A stretch of 60,992 bases of DNA, taken from positions 1-60,992 of IMG/VR virus record IMGVR_UViG_3300022602_000006. One strand, given 5' to 3'. Position 1 is the stretch's first letter. The number at the start of each line of letters is the position of its first letter. The DNA comes from a virus. Taxonomy: Duplodnaviria > Caudoviricetes. The notes beneath the pieces are model-generated. The model worked only from the letters and a program-made list of their open reading frames with translations, ran no database searches and was not told where the DNA came from. A program made the translations under genes and the position numbers. Positions 47,701-57,248 of the stretch are shown in pieces.

Positions 47701-50383
47701 AGAACGAATAATCGATCATTTACGTGACGAACTGGATAGGATTACTGACGGTCAATACGTTGACATAAATGGCTATAGCCCAGATGAACATATCATGGCT
47801 ACTAAAGCCATTCTGCGGGATGACCCTGCCTATTCTGTAGTAGGTAATTGGCACCCGGAAACGATTGAAGGTTTCCAAAAAGATCTGGCTGCTGCCCGTG
47901 AAAAGTTTGGCCCTCAGATAGACGCTGTGTTTGCTGCTGAGAAAGCCTTGCGTGAAAAAGTCACCGACATCGAACGTGCGGCTGGCAAGTGGGGAGACCA
48001 CGTAGATAATTGGGTACGGTTCAATCGTCGTGGTGATACGTACTTTACTTTGAAAGGAAGTACGGAAAGACCCGACTTCGATGAGATTACTGGGCAACGG
48101 GTAAACAGAGATTTGTCCAAAGTTGTCGATGCGCAAGAAGGCCGCATTACGGAGTCGGATAACCCGATAACCCAAACTATAGCAGATGCTGAAGTTGGGC
48201 TACGTAGGTTGGACAACAAAGCATTAATAGATGCTGTCTACAACGCTGCCAAGAAAAATTTAATCCCCGGCGCTAAAGTTCTAACAGAACCTCTTGAAGC
48301 TGGTGAAGCTGCTCGGGAGTTTTTTGAAAACAACAACCCTGACAACGTGGTACTCCATCCACGTCCAGATGGCAAATACGACGTTATCCAATTCAAAGAC
48401 AAGCAGTGGCGCGATGCTGTCAAGGGCATTATTACTCCCCCGAACCCGATCATAAGTAATGTTGGTAGGGTGACGAGAGGTATTACATTGGGGTTCACTC
48501 GGTTCAACCCTGCGTTCGCACCGTCAAATGCTGTGCGCCACGGTATGACCAACCTAGGCAACATCATGGCGAGTGAATACGGCCCTCTTGCTGCGGGTCA
48601 AATGATGGGTCGGATGTTTACGCAAGCCATCAAAGGGTCTCCGTTCAAAGCTGCGCGAGCATCGTATTTAATTGAGACAGGTAATAAAGCAAAGCTAGAA
48701 CAACTTGCCAAAAACGATGACTTCTACAAGAACATTCTTGATTGGGATAATGCAGGCGGCAGGATGTCGTTCTCCAAAGCCTACGGCACCAATGACGCTG
48801 CCACGCGTTCTGTTATGGAAAGTTTTAACAGAAAGCCCGTTACCCGGACGCTTGACCAGATCAAGCTGGTGTTTGACACCTACAACAACATGTTTGAATT
48901 CATGAACCGTGAAGCGGCTTTCGACACCATAAAAAAAGCCAACTTGAGAAACGGCATGACCGAAGAACAAGCCATTGAGTCTGCGTCTGCCTTCACCAAG
49001 AATCTTCTTAACCTTGAAAAGAAAGGTCACTACAGTCAGGCAATGGGTTCGTGGTTCCCGATGTTCAAGGCCGAGGCAACGGGTGCTGTTCGTCAAACCG
49101 ACGCGTTGCTGTCGCCTTTGTTTCAGAGCGCCAACAGTTATTTGAGAAGCAACTGGACGCAGGGCATGGGGCATCAAGTTTTTGGTGCACTGTATCGTTT
49201 GCAGCAAATAGAAGACAGCAAAAAACTTGGCATTAAATCCCTTGAAGGTGCTGAAGAGTTTTACCAAAAAATTATTGACAACGACCCCGGTGCGCAAAAG
49301 TTTATTGAGAACTACAACAAGCTGCGTAGGAACGCCGCCATTACATTAGGCGCGGCTATTGGCTTCGGTTACATGATGTACAACCGCTCACGTGCAATGG
49401 GACAAAATGATGAAGACGGGCGTAACGAGGTTGCTTCGGATGACCACCGTTTGTGGGTTCGTAGTATGCGGGTGCCTGTCAGTATCTTTGGCGATCAAGC
49501 CACCAAGTATTTTGGCAAAGACACCCAGTTCATCAACATGCCGTGGGGCTTTGGCACGGGCGCGTTTGCATCAATAGGATCACAGATGGCTGCGTTGGCG
49601 AACGGGGATATCAAACCAGAAGAAGCTGTAACTAATATGTCGGTTGCCGCCAAAGAGTCGTTCCTGCCCCTGCCGGTCGAGTCGATTGATATGTTCAAAA
49701 AGAACCCAATGGGATGGGCATTGACTTCTGCGGCTCCAGCACCAGTACGCCCACTGCTCGAATACGCGTTCAACATGGACGACTTCGGACGGCAGATTTA
49801 TAACCCACGTCCATCTCGCTACGGTGAAGTTGGTGGAGACAGTACTTCGGAAGCGTTCAAATCGGCTGCGGATACTATTGCTAAAGTAACAAATGGCATG
49901 TGGATGCCTAACCCTGATGAGTTGCAGTTTGCGTTCAATCAGTATGCTGAAGGCTTAACCACGATTGGTAACAGCGTAATGAGCATCTACAACTTCGTAA
50001 CGGGCAAAGAAGACTTTGATCCCAAGAAAGACTTACCGTTCTTGAGTAGCTTCCTTGGGCGTAAGACCGATGTTGATGCTCGTCAGTATTCTGAGATAAA
50101 CGACGCGTTGGTGAAAAACAAAAAGATTCTGGACAACTTTGAGTCTCGTGGCTTTGATGACGCCTATGATCGGTATGTTGAAACCCATCCCGATGCTGAA
50201 ATGCTGCGTCAGTATTACGTTACCAACCGCGAGCATTTGAACAAAATCAATGCAGAAATGAATAAAGTTCGTGACCAAGACCAAACTCCTCAAGAACGTC
50301 GAGATGAACTTGAGGACTATAAGGACATGCGCAGAATGATCATGCGCGATATGGTCGATACTTACAACGAATCAGAACACTAG
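44726..50383 (+). CDS. Large polyvalent ejection protein: lytic transglycosylase + zincin-like + LPD38-like
   Basis: TESS...GALGPMQV...YL.GPG; HEIGVH; RPLLE...D.FGRQIY. Confidence 0.8.
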   Translation: MAVDLDQIIKDQGAEELAPTIKSIYQTESSSGRADTSKVGPGGALGPMQVIKPTFDQMKAEGRIPKDAQWNNPYDNAAAGVAYIKSNSERFNTTDPYLLRATYLGGPGVVRPDGTIDTSRRDALGTSVGEYAAGYGSPGARAGAGSAKDTYEVKWNDGNTYRVELPRGTPSQMASYYVQKLHYSDTPQTPPADEGPSSLGVAARAAERNVIPAAVGSLVGIAASPLGSFIPGIGNLAAGYAGAVAAGSAVEKAQESFLEAHPDLAKALGQDAETRAADEAAHPMVSTLAGVGTNIIAGGFRPSYGGLKSLLGVGEEALGKAWGQTAKGAAIMGGINTAEQAFSDQPFDPYNLGLNALIGGTFHTPTALGKGFMRIGEGFTYGVTPKSVQEALKFPEREGVPPRGPIISSESPDIQEPVPPSVPTDDQVVNHTDSYDTARNLNVGDRVLTPDGRFTVYAHAIDPDTGDHSFQGRWDNGVDVHHALVDSYGEPPRSREPEDQHVSYGDATYNLDEMARHIAPRVLDQNPETGDSVLSWGADIHPSIKPVPSNSPNTTYKDVYEGLKAIFGIHTNRLINSGFLRLDQSSPIDVSSGYYDPNVNSVVFNVDNLHLDADGKVKPSFLKELMIHEIGVHANIKNMLGPDLYQKVLDRVDQGIKNNEAPFVEANNQVPANTNSIYLQEERLAYLVGKHPELPLVKQIFSNIKTWFWQKMGGRWVDLTADDLRTLALSSLKKSFDLVEEGRLSGTKPGESPTGINPSTETTEENNIDAANAALDEGKEPPPGAEASPVPQMSSVRVEAPPEPGSIEDTVGRIKEGMSQNEQKKVDSGTFIGKLKEFVQKFRDRPYTQLIEKFQDQHRLLSDLQKSLELQHGKKWVIENGLNIGDAVTNTPSAAERPAVNNLTNILHDALINYSKATGRSWSQSLADFKMWSIGITEPKLRDYLWRMRVPLSTDPIITLPNGSKISPADYRKQIVDTINNLSSEHYTKAERERIIDHLRDELDRITDGQYVDINGYSPDEHIMATKAILRDDPAYSVVGNWHPETIEGFQKDLAAAREKFGPQIDAVFAAEKALREKVTDIERAAGKWGDHVDNWVRFNRRGDTYFTLKGSTERPDFDEITGQRVNRDLSKVVDAQEGRITESDNPITQTIADAEVGLRRLDNKALIDAVYNAAKKNLIPGAKVLTEPLEAGEAAREFFENNNPDNVVLHPRPDGKYDVIQFKDKQWRDAVKGIITPPNPIISNVGRVTRGITLGFTRFNPAFAPSNAVRHGMTNLGNIMASEYGPLAAGQMMGRMFTQAIKGSPFKAARASYLIETGNKAKLEQLAKNDDFYKNILDWDNAGGRMSFSKAYGTNDAATRSVMESFNRKPVTRTLDQIKLVFDTYNNMFEFMNREAAFDTIKKANLRNGMTEEQAIESASAFTKNLLNLEKKGHYSQAMGSWFPMFKAEATGAVRQTDALLSPLFQSANSYLRSNWTQGMGHQVFGALYRLQQIEDSKKLGIKSLEGAEEFYQKIIDNDPGAQKFIENYNKLRRNAAITLGAAIGFGYMMYNRSRAMGQNDEDGRNEVASDDHRLWVRSMRVPVSIFGDQATKYFGKDTQFINMPWGFGTGAFASIGSQMAALANGDIKPEEAVTNMSVAAKESFLPLPVESIDMFKKNPMGWALTSAAPAPVRPLLEYAFNMDDFGRQIYNPRPSRYGEVGGDSTSEAFKSAADTIAKVTNGMWMPNPDELQFAFNQYAEGLTTIGNSVMSIYNFVTGKEDFDPKKDLPFLSSFLGRKTDVDARQYSEINDALVKNKKILDNFESRGFDDAYDRYVETHPDAEMLRQYYVTNREHLNKINAEMNKVRDQDQTPQERRDELEDYKDMRRMIMRDMVDTYNESEH

Positions 50384-50580
50384 GCAACGCGCCACACCCG
50401 TACACCAAGACAATCATCTTTAGTCGTTGAGAAGATTTTGACCTTCACTTTGGCGACTTTGGCACGAGTGTCTATGATGTAAGTAAGTTCCGCTGGTCTG
50501 AGTGTGGGGATAAAGAAACTATCCCCAACACTCATCCATTCAAACGGCAACAAAAACTCGGGTTCTGCTGGTGGCTGCAT
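50380..50580 (-). CDS. Small DNA-binding-type hypothetical protein
   Basis: PFE.M.VGDSFFIP, GVRVWR. Confidence 0.75.
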   Translation of the reverse strand: MQPPAEPEFLLPFEWMSVGDSFFIPTLRPAELTYIIDTRAKVAKVKVKIFSTTKDDCLGVRVWRVA

Positions 50581-53423
50581 TAATGTTTTGGATTGTCTTT
50601 GACGATAAGCATTTCAATATCAGATGGGTCTAGCTTGAAGACCCAACAGTGTACTGGCCCTACGACCGATGCTTCGCCCCAGCCAGCACCAATCCTCTTT
50701 TTCTCGGACTTGATAAGTATTCCTCGTTCCTGCATCACGTGTTCAAACTGGCTAATGTTGAGTTTTTGTTTGCCGCCGATGTAGTTCTTGATGGCTTGTT
50801 TGTGCACCCAGACCAACTGGCTGTCCAACTCAATGCGCCCAATAAAAGCATGGTGGGTTGGAAAGTTTATAATGGTGTCGCCGTCCATCTTCAAGAACGA
50901 GTGCAGGTTGTCGTTCATAAAGGTATTGAACTCGTCAGGGTAATTAGCATCGTTGCTGTTAGTGCGGTCACGGAAATCAATCATGGCTTTCATGACTTCC
51001 TCATAAACTCGTTCAAGATCAAGTCTAATGATGTCGGCCTTGTTGGCAATCTCCCCGCCTGTAAACGATGCACTAACTAAGCTACGGTAGAACCTATACT
51101 TGGTGTGCGTTCCAAACGACTTATCAAACCGACTGCCCCAATAAGCCAAACGGATGCTGATTTCATCGAACCCCATAGCGTAGACGGCTTTGATGAATTC
51201 GATTCCTGCATGACCGTAGTTATGGTTGAAAGGCTCAATGATCATAGGGCCAAGCTCAGGGTGCCGTTCAAACAGTTTGGGTGTCTGCACCATGAACTGA
51301 ACGAAACGGGCGATTTCGCCCTCGGGGTTCTTCTTGTACTGGCGTAGAATATCCAGCACGTCAGCGTTGGAGTTCCACAACGAGATAAGCGATGCAAAGG
51401 CTTCGATGTCGCGTTCTTCATTCTCGGACGACTGCATCCTCGCCTTGGGCTTGCCGGTAGATACTTGGAAGATAAACTTGGAAAGCTGTTCTGGAAGCCG
51501 GGAGTGCACCTCGTCAAGACCAAACATAATGTTTTTTAAGTTGAGCATACGCCCCACAAGTACGTTGTCGGTCGCGTTGTTCTCCTGCAAACACAAGCCA
51601 CGGGGGTCTCCATAGACACTCAACCCCGCCAACATTGCCGCAGACTTGCCAGCACCCGATGGGCCTGAGTAGCACACCGACACGCCGGGAGTGTTGGTCA
51701 ATGACATCAGGGGGGAACCGAACGCGCACAGCATGGCGAAGGCTATAGGCTCAAGCGACGGTTGGTTTAACTGCCTTGCTGAGTTCTTCCACACTTGGAA
51801 GCTACCGGTAGCTGGCATGATCTTGGCAAGTTTGCGTACACCGGGAGAAGCAGCGGTCTTACGCACCTCTCCGCTCCGGGTAATCTCATTGAATCCAATG
51901 ACAAAAGAATCCATGTGATCAGTCCAACCCATCTGGGTCTGCATCTGCTCGGCGGTTTTCATGTTAATAAAGTAATCATTCCATTTGCTCATGTAGTCAA
52001 CCATCCTTTGGATCAGTGCTGTGTTTGGGTGTGTAGGCATCACATCGTAACTAGCAAGTAACTCTCTAAACTTGTCATTACCAATGGATATGTACTTCAC
52101 CGGCAAATCAAACTCCCGATCTGGATCTTTGGGGAGCATGACTTTTACTGTAAGAACTGCGCCATCGCGCTTGCTGAAGATGCGCGTTGTTGGATAAAAG
52201 ATATGTCGGCAGATCATGACGGCGGGGGGATCTACCTCCTTGCCCTTCTTGTCATACTCAATCGGCGGCTTGTACCACAAGGCGTTATCAGCACCCCATG
52301 AATACGGAAACAATTCTTCGGGAAGTTTAGGAAGGCCGGGAGGCATTTTCTCGGGAGGTAGTGGCTTGACTCGTTTGCCCAACGCCACAGGGGATCCGAT
52401 CTTGCCTTTGAAGTGACAGCCATCACACCCTTTTGGGTAAACGCCCTCTATGGTGTCACATCGCTGCGGTGCATCATTCTTTAAAGTTTCTTGGGCTTTA
52501 AGAACCGTCTTGTCGTAATCGTAACCGGGGTGTCCTTGCGAAACGACGTGTACAGCCTCTTCGCCATCCACACAATGAGCGGCAATGGACAGCAGCCAAA
52601 ACCATTCTGGGTACTTCTGCTTGGCCGGGGCAGCGACCAATCTCTTGATCTGGGCGCAGCCGTTGTCTTCTAGGGACTTCTCCAGCACGTCTTGAAAATA
52701 ATTCTCGGTGCCGTCGAATTTGCCCTTGTTACCAATGCTGGCAGTATCTTCATCCAATCCCTTCGGAATCTGGGCTAGAACATCTATAGATGGTGAATTA
52801 TTCCCGGTGTTAGAAGTTACCCGCCCAAAAATAATTGACTCTATATAAACAAGTTCATGTACGACCACCGAGCTGGTCAGTACGCTGGTCGGGCTGGGCG
52901 GGTTTGTTTTATAGTTAAAAGTGTCTGGGCAACGCATGAGCCGGGAAGCATCGGCTGTCACTGAGGGGTCTATGAGCAACCCCTTGTCCACGCAAAATTG
53001 TTTAAATGATTCAGCCAGCGGTTTCCATTTTTCAATCGGGATATCTTGCGTGAGTATCCAGAAGGCTTGGATGCCAGTTCCTGAGTTAACCCGAACCGGT
53101 TCGGGCATACCTGTGTTGGCGATGAAGTCATCAAGCGCAGCCAACGCTTCTTCTTGACTGCTGTATTCCTTCTCAGCCCCTACGTCCAGATCAACGAACA
53201 ACGAACGCGACCATAACGCGCTCTTCGCTTGCCGACTGTATCCTTTGAATGAGTTTGGTGTTACGTAAACATTGGCCCCCGCTGTTTTGTACTCGTCCGT
53301 TATTTTAATTAGATCATCAAGGTTCTCTGCAAACCGACTGCCTAAGCTACCGTCCTTGTCGATTTTTGCTACACAGTAGAAACCTTGCGATGGAAGTAGG
53401 TGTTCGTAAAATTGTTTTTTCAT
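50580..53423 (-). CDS. Primase-helicase (RepB-like AEP + DUF927 + P-loop)
   Basis: FVDLD, SGTGIQ, DASRLMRCP; Q.GW; GPSGAGKS, LDE; start refined to ATG 53423. Confidence 0.88.
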   Translation of the reverse strand: MKKQFYEHLLPSQGFYCVAKIDKDGSLGSRFAENLDDLIKITDEYKTAGANVYVTPNSFKGYSRQAKSALWSRSLFVDLDVGAEKEYSSQEEALAALDDFIANTGMPEPVRVNSGTGIQAFWILTQDIPIEKWKPLAESFKQFCVDKGLLIDPSVTADASRLMRCPDTFNYKTNPPSPTSVLTSSVVVHELVYIESIIFGRVTSNTGNNSPSIDVLAQIPKGLDEDTASIGNKGKFDGTENYFQDVLEKSLEDNGCAQIKRLVAAPAKQKYPEWFWLLSIAAHCVDGEEAVHVVSQGHPGYDYDKTVLKAQETLKNDAPQRCDTIEGVYPKGCDGCHFKGKIGSPVALGKRVKPLPPEKMPPGLPKLPEELFPYSWGADNALWYKPPIEYDKKGKEVDPPAVMICRHIFYPTTRIFSKRDGAVLTVKVMLPKDPDREFDLPVKYISIGNDKFRELLASYDVMPTHPNTALIQRMVDYMSKWNDYFINMKTAEQMQTQMGWTDHMDSFVIGFNEITRSGEVRKTAASPGVRKLAKIMPATGSFQVWKNSARQLNQPSLEPIAFAMLCAFGSPLMSLTNTPGVSVCYSGPSGAGKSAAMLAGLSVYGDPRGLCLQENNATDNVLVGRMLNLKNIMFGLDEVHSRLPEQLSKFIFQVSTGKPKARMQSSENEERDIEAFASLISLWNSNADVLDILRQYKKNPEGEIARFVQFMVQTPKLFERHPELGPMIIEPFNHNYGHAGIEFIKAVYAMGFDEISIRLAYWGSRFDKSFGTHTKYRFYRSLVSASFTGGEIANKADIIRLDLERVYEEVMKAMIDFRDRTNSNDANYPDEFNTFMNDNLHSFLKMDGDTIINFPTHHAFIGRIELDSQLVWVHKQAIKNYIGGKQKLNISQFEHVMQERGILIKSEKKRIGAGWGEASVVGPVHCWVFKLDPSDIEMLIVKDNPKH

Positions 53424-53434
53424 ATTCGCCGTAG

Positions 53435-53464
53435 AAAAAAACGCCGGGGGAGCTACCCCCGGCG
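53435..53464 (-). terminator. Terminator-like hairpin just upstream of primase
   Basis: Minus strand CGCCGGGGG-TAGCT-CCCCCGGCG-TTTTTTT. Confidence 0.75.
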
Positions 53465-53491
53465 AGAGGTGAAGAACTACCAACCATCAAA

Positions 53492-53803
53492 TCAAATGGA
53501 TACCCCCAACATCTCTTGTATGTAGTTCTTGGCATCGACCATGTTCTTGGCGGGTAACATGCCAACCTTGGCATCGTCCTCAACCAATCTGATGAATGTC
53601 TCAACCAAGGCTCGTTTATTTTCGCTTACGCCTCTACCGCGAAACCAACTGTAGATAGTCATACGCGAAGTCTTGAGTGCAACTGCAACATACGAAGCAG
53701 GGATATTCATCTCTACGCACAGGCGACCAAGACGAACCCCGAGTCTATCGGAGTTCGCTTGCGACAGTTCGTATAGAAATTTATCGCTGTAGTTCCGTGG
53801 CAT
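53492..53803 (-). CDS. HTH transcriptional regulator
   Basis: VAVALKTSRMTIYSWFRG. Confidence 0.8.
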   Translation of the reverse strand: MPRNYSDKFLYELSQANSDRLGVRLGRLCVEMNIPASYVAVALKTSRMTIYSWFRGRGVSENKRALVETFIRLVEDDAKVGMLPAKNMVDAKNYIQEMLGVSI

Positions 53804-53806
53804 GAA

Positions 53807-54667
53807 TCACTTCTTCTTTTTAGCCCACTGCTTGACCATATCCGAAACCTCTGGCTCAGCGTCAGATGACTTGTTCATCTCACGCAGCTTCGGTTCTTCC
53901 ATAGTTGGAAGCTCAGATGTATAGATCGGCGGCGCAGCTTCGGCAGATGAGTCGCCCTGATACACGTTCATCTTGACTGCGTTTTCCGCAATGGGACTCT
54001 TGGCTTGCTCAAGCACAAACTCAACGTCTTCCTGCGGAACCGGAGCGACTGGAGAGAACAGTAGCTTCGGTACAGGCGACTTGGTGTCGAACGCCATTTT
54101 GGTAACAACGCGTCCTGCGCTGATGCTGTTCTGTGCCAGCATCTGAATATACGGACGGAACGGATACCGGCCATTATCTTCATTGCCAAAGCACGACGTG
54201 GCTGGCAGCACAAGCTGCATCACATCACCACCCGGATCGTTCGGCAACACGACCGCCGTGCGCCACGACAGGCGACACGCAGCACCCATGCCACCTTGAC
54301 CGCTACCTTGGACGCTGTTCTGACAAGAGTTACAGGTAGGTGCCTGTGGCGTCTTGACATCATTGTCAGGGGTCTTGCTATCGCTCGACCAGCAGGTGGG
54401 CGAGACCTTCGCTCCTTCCTGATAGCCCTGCGAGTAATAGGTACGTGCGGGGTTGTGCGCCATCTTGACAAAGATCACGTTCATGTGACGGTCTTCGATG
54501 GAGCCAACTTCCTTGCCATTGACTAGCTTGCGGAACACACCACCCTTGATGGAGATCCGCTTGAATCTACCACTGTTACCGCCAGCTACCGCCTTGGTGT
54601 CTTCGTCAAGTTCACCTTTGACGACGGGCATACTGTTCTTAATCGACGTAATTAGATCGTTGCTCAT
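53807..54667 (-). CDS. Putative ssDNA-binding protein
   Basis: RISIKGGVFR, PTCWS.D, C..C...GSG..ACR, acidic tail. Confidence 0.6.
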   Translation of the reverse strand: MSNDLITSIKNSMPVVKGELDEDTKAVAGGNSGRFKRISIKGGVFRKLVNGKEVGSIEDRHMNVIFVKMAHNPARTYYSQGYQEGAKVSPTCWSSDSKTPDNDVKTPQAPTCNSCQNSVQGSGQGGMGAACRLSWRTAVVLPNDPGGDVMQLVLPATSCFGNEDNGRYPFRPYIQMLAQNSISAGRVVTKMAFDTKSPVPKLLFSPVAPVPQEDVEFVLEQAKSPIAENAVKMNVYQGDSSAEAAPPIYTSELPTMEEPKLREMNKSSDAEPEVSDMVKQWAKKKK

Positions 54668-54672
54668 GATTA

Positions 54673-55071
54673 CTATTCCTTACTGGGTTTACGAACGGTT
54701 ACACCAAACTCTCGCATCACGTTCACACCGGGGGGAAGCTCGCGGTACTCCGCTAACAACTGTTTGATGTTCCCTTGATTGATGCGTTTCTCAAACAAAT
54801 CCAAAGCATCGTTGTCCTTGACGAACTGTTTAAAGTGTTCCCAGTCCGTGCAGATGTATCGCTCATTCAACTTGCGAATCACAGTACCGTTTTCGGTATT
54901 GATGCTATTCGCATTTATATCGTTGCAAGCTGCGAGCAACTGCGCTTCAAAGCCTGATAGTTCCTGCTTTAGTGCAGCATCTGCTTCCTCGAATTGTCTC
55001 GACAACGCTTCACGCTGTGATCGAATACCAAGATACGATGCAACCAAACTACTGATGTTTACTGTATTCAC
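54673..55071 (-). CDS. Conserved replication-module protein
   Basis: DWE.F, LFEKRI.Q, LPPGVN. Confidence 0.7.
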   Translation of the reverse strand: MNTVNISSLVASYLGIRSQREALSRQFEEADAALKQELSGFEAQLLAACNDINANSINTENGTVIRKLNERYICTDWEHFKQFVKDNDALDLFEKRINQGNIKQLLAEYRELPPGVNVMREFGVTVRKPSKE

Positions 55072-56651
55072 TCTGCCTCCAACTCCTGCTTGTACAGGTC
55101 AATTAACTTGTTATGACTATCTACTTTACTATTGAGCATGTCGTATACACGACGCTCTACTTCCGAGCCTTGCAAATGAACAACAGTCATCTTGTTCTTC
55201 TGTCCGACTCGATCAATACGACCGATACATTGTAAGTATGTTTCGACCGACATGACTGGAGACCAGAACACAACCGTATCCGCAGCGGTGAGTGTGACAC
55301 CATGAGAAGCTGACTGCGGTTGAATCACTAACACATGAGGATCCGATTGTGTCTGGAATTTGGTGATGATGTTTGCGCGTTCTTTTGGGGTAACGTCACC
55401 CATGATGATGTCGTTTGTGAAGCCCTCGTTATCAAGGTACTCCGCAACGACAGTGATGGTGTGCCGATAGGGAACGAACACTATTACTTTGTTGGACGTT
55501 TCGTCAAGCACTTCTCGCAGTGCTTTGAAGCGAGGCCCAATGTCGAATTCAATGACGTTGCCACCATCTGTATATGTTGCACCGCCAGATATCTGCAACA
55601 GCTTGTTTAGTTTGGCAGCGGCATTGACTGCGCTGACTTGTTCGCCAACAGCTTGTATTAACATCTCTTGCTTCAGCTTGCGATAGTATGTTTGCGCTTG
55701 CACTGTCAAGGGAACAATTCTAGTCTGATAAGTTACAGGTGGCAGGTCGAGGCAGTCGTTCTTGTTAAACCGAATCGCTGGCTGCAAGACATGAAACACC
55801 TTTTCCTTAGAATCAGATTTTGGAAGCCACTTGAAACGTGTCTTCGGATACATCACGGTGTCGCGCCATGCTGTGGAATACTTTGGTACGCGCAAGGGTG
55901 ATACAAGACGTGCAAGGCCGAACGCGTCCATTGGCGATTGCGATGCTGGTGTACCTGTCATCATCCACAATCTTGTAGATGGCGTTATCAACTTGGACAA
56001 GGTACGCCAGCGTTTGGTACTCACAGTCTTGTAAGCATTAGCCTCATCGACAATGATCAAATCGAACTTGGCGTCGGCTATCGCATCACTGACGATGTTG
56101 ACTCCATCATAATTAATAATGGTGAACTCGTATGGGTGAGCAATGATTCTTCTACGCTTTTCGTTCGACCCGTAAGCAACGAAACACGAACGGTGCATCG
56201 CGGCTTTGAACACTTCATCGCGCCATGCCGTGAACATGATGGACAACGGGCACACTACGAGTACCCGTCTCACCAATCCTAAATTCATTAGGTAATCCGC
56301 AGCCCATATGGCGGCGGAAGTCTTACCGGTTCCTGCTTCATTGAAACAGAATGCTCTACTACGAATACTCAAGAATGACGCTGTGTCTCGTTGATGATCA
56401 AAAGGCTTGTGGACACCGGGCCACTTGTAATCTCTCAACAATGGTGAAGGAATATCCAACGCCATGTTGGGTCGAAGTTCATCTGCAACTCTGGTCAGGT
56501 ATTCTGTTTCGCGCTGATCCCAATAGACCACGATAGACTTGGTTGAACCCAAATCCTGCGCTAACGCGCTCCTGCCAACCCATCTGAGAACTCTATCGGC
56601 ATACTCCGAGGGCAGTGTCAAACGCACTGCGATATCGTCTACAATTTCCAT
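55068..56651 (-). CDS. SNF2-family helicase
   Basis: EAGTGKT, DEA, TGTP, HGVTLTAAD, RIDRVGQ. Confidence 0.93.
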   Translation of the reverse strand: MEIVDDIAVRLTLPSEYADRVLRWVGRSALAQDLGSTKSIVVYWDQRETEYLTRVADELRPNMALDIPSPLLRDYKWPGVHKPFDHQRDTASFLSIRSRAFCFNEAGTGKTSAAIWAADYLMNLGLVRRVLVVCPLSIMFTAWRDEVFKAAMHRSCFVAYGSNEKRRRIIAHPYEFTIINYDGVNIVSDAIADAKFDLIIVDEANAYKTVSTKRWRTLSKLITPSTRLWMMTGTPASQSPMDAFGLARLVSPLRVPKYSTAWRDTVMYPKTRFKWLPKSDSKEKVFHVLQPAIRFNKNDCLDLPPVTYQTRIVPLTVQAQTYYRKLKQEMLIQAVGEQVSAVNAAAKLNKLLQISGGATYTDGGNVIEFDIGPRFKALREVLDETSNKVIVFVPYRHTITVVAEYLDNEGFTNDIIMGDVTPKERANIITKFQTQSDPHVLVIQPQSASHGVTLTAADTVVFWSPVMSVETYLQCIGRIDRVGQKNKMTVVHLQGSEVERRVYDMLNSKVDSHNKLIDLYKQELEAE

Positions 56652-56814
56652 TACTATACCTACTGTACTGCGTGATTCGCATCACGATAAAAACTCCTTA
56701 CGGGAGTCACTCGTCTAAGACTTGCTACGGAGGCTCTATGCAGAGTTTAATTACCAATCTTAGATGACATGGTTTGCTGTATTACCAGCTTACGTCCACT
56801 CATGCCTTACGACG
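56652..56814 (-). ncRNA. Structured intergenic element upstream of helicase
   Basis: Several nested stems in a 163-nt gap. Confidence 0.45.
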
Positions 56815-57069
56815 TTACTTCATTGCTCCACTCGACTTGCGAGGAAACGATCTGTTTTTGCTAGGCGGCTCTAGTCGCACACCATCTTTGTTGCTGCCAC
56901 CCTTGGACAGCGCCTTGACGTGAGCCACGTCCTTGCCCTTACGGCTCACACCCTTCTTGTCAATCTTACGCCGCGCACGTTGCCGCTCCATGCGGTCTTC
57001 ATGCTCACCACGCTCAAGCTGTTTCTTGTACTCGTGTTTGTATGGTCTGGCAGTCTTTGTGTATGGCAT
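56815..57069 (-). CDS. Short HNH-like basic protein
   Basis: DVAHVKALSKGGSN...NR. Confidence 0.75.
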   Translation of the reverse strand: MPYTKTARPYKHEYKKQLERGEHEDRMERQRARRKIDKKGVSRKGKDVAHVKALSKGGSNKDGVRLEPPSKNRSFPRKSSGAMK

Positions 57070-57246
57070 CTATTTCTCCAATGCTCTCGCTAATTCATTT
57101 GGATAAAGTTTCTTGGCTTCTTCTACCGAACACAAGCGCGCATCAGTTTTCTCAAGCCCACGCCTCAATACGGCAGGGCCATCGTTCTCAGTGTGTAGAT
57201 ACAGGTCTCCGTCTTTAACAAAAAACCAACTTTCATACGCACCCAT
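57070..57246 (-). CDS. Hypothetical protein (MGAYESWFFVKDG...; approximate start)
   Basis: ORF track 57070-57294; internal Met after GGAAGG. Confidence 0.55.
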   Translation of the reverse strand: MGAYESWFFVKDGDLYLHTENDGPAVLRRGLEKTDARLCSVEEAKKLYPNELARALEK

Positions 57247-57248
57247 AA

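Noticed and set aside
44726-50383. N4-like virion RNA polymerase to go with the hairpins
   Set aside because: Much shorter than N4 vRNAP and no polymerase motifs recognised; transglycosylase and polyvalent features instead
56766-56806. Hatchet ribozyme (AAACCAUGU-like end)
   Set aside because: Only the closing stem resembles it; the conserved core and P1 arrangement were not found
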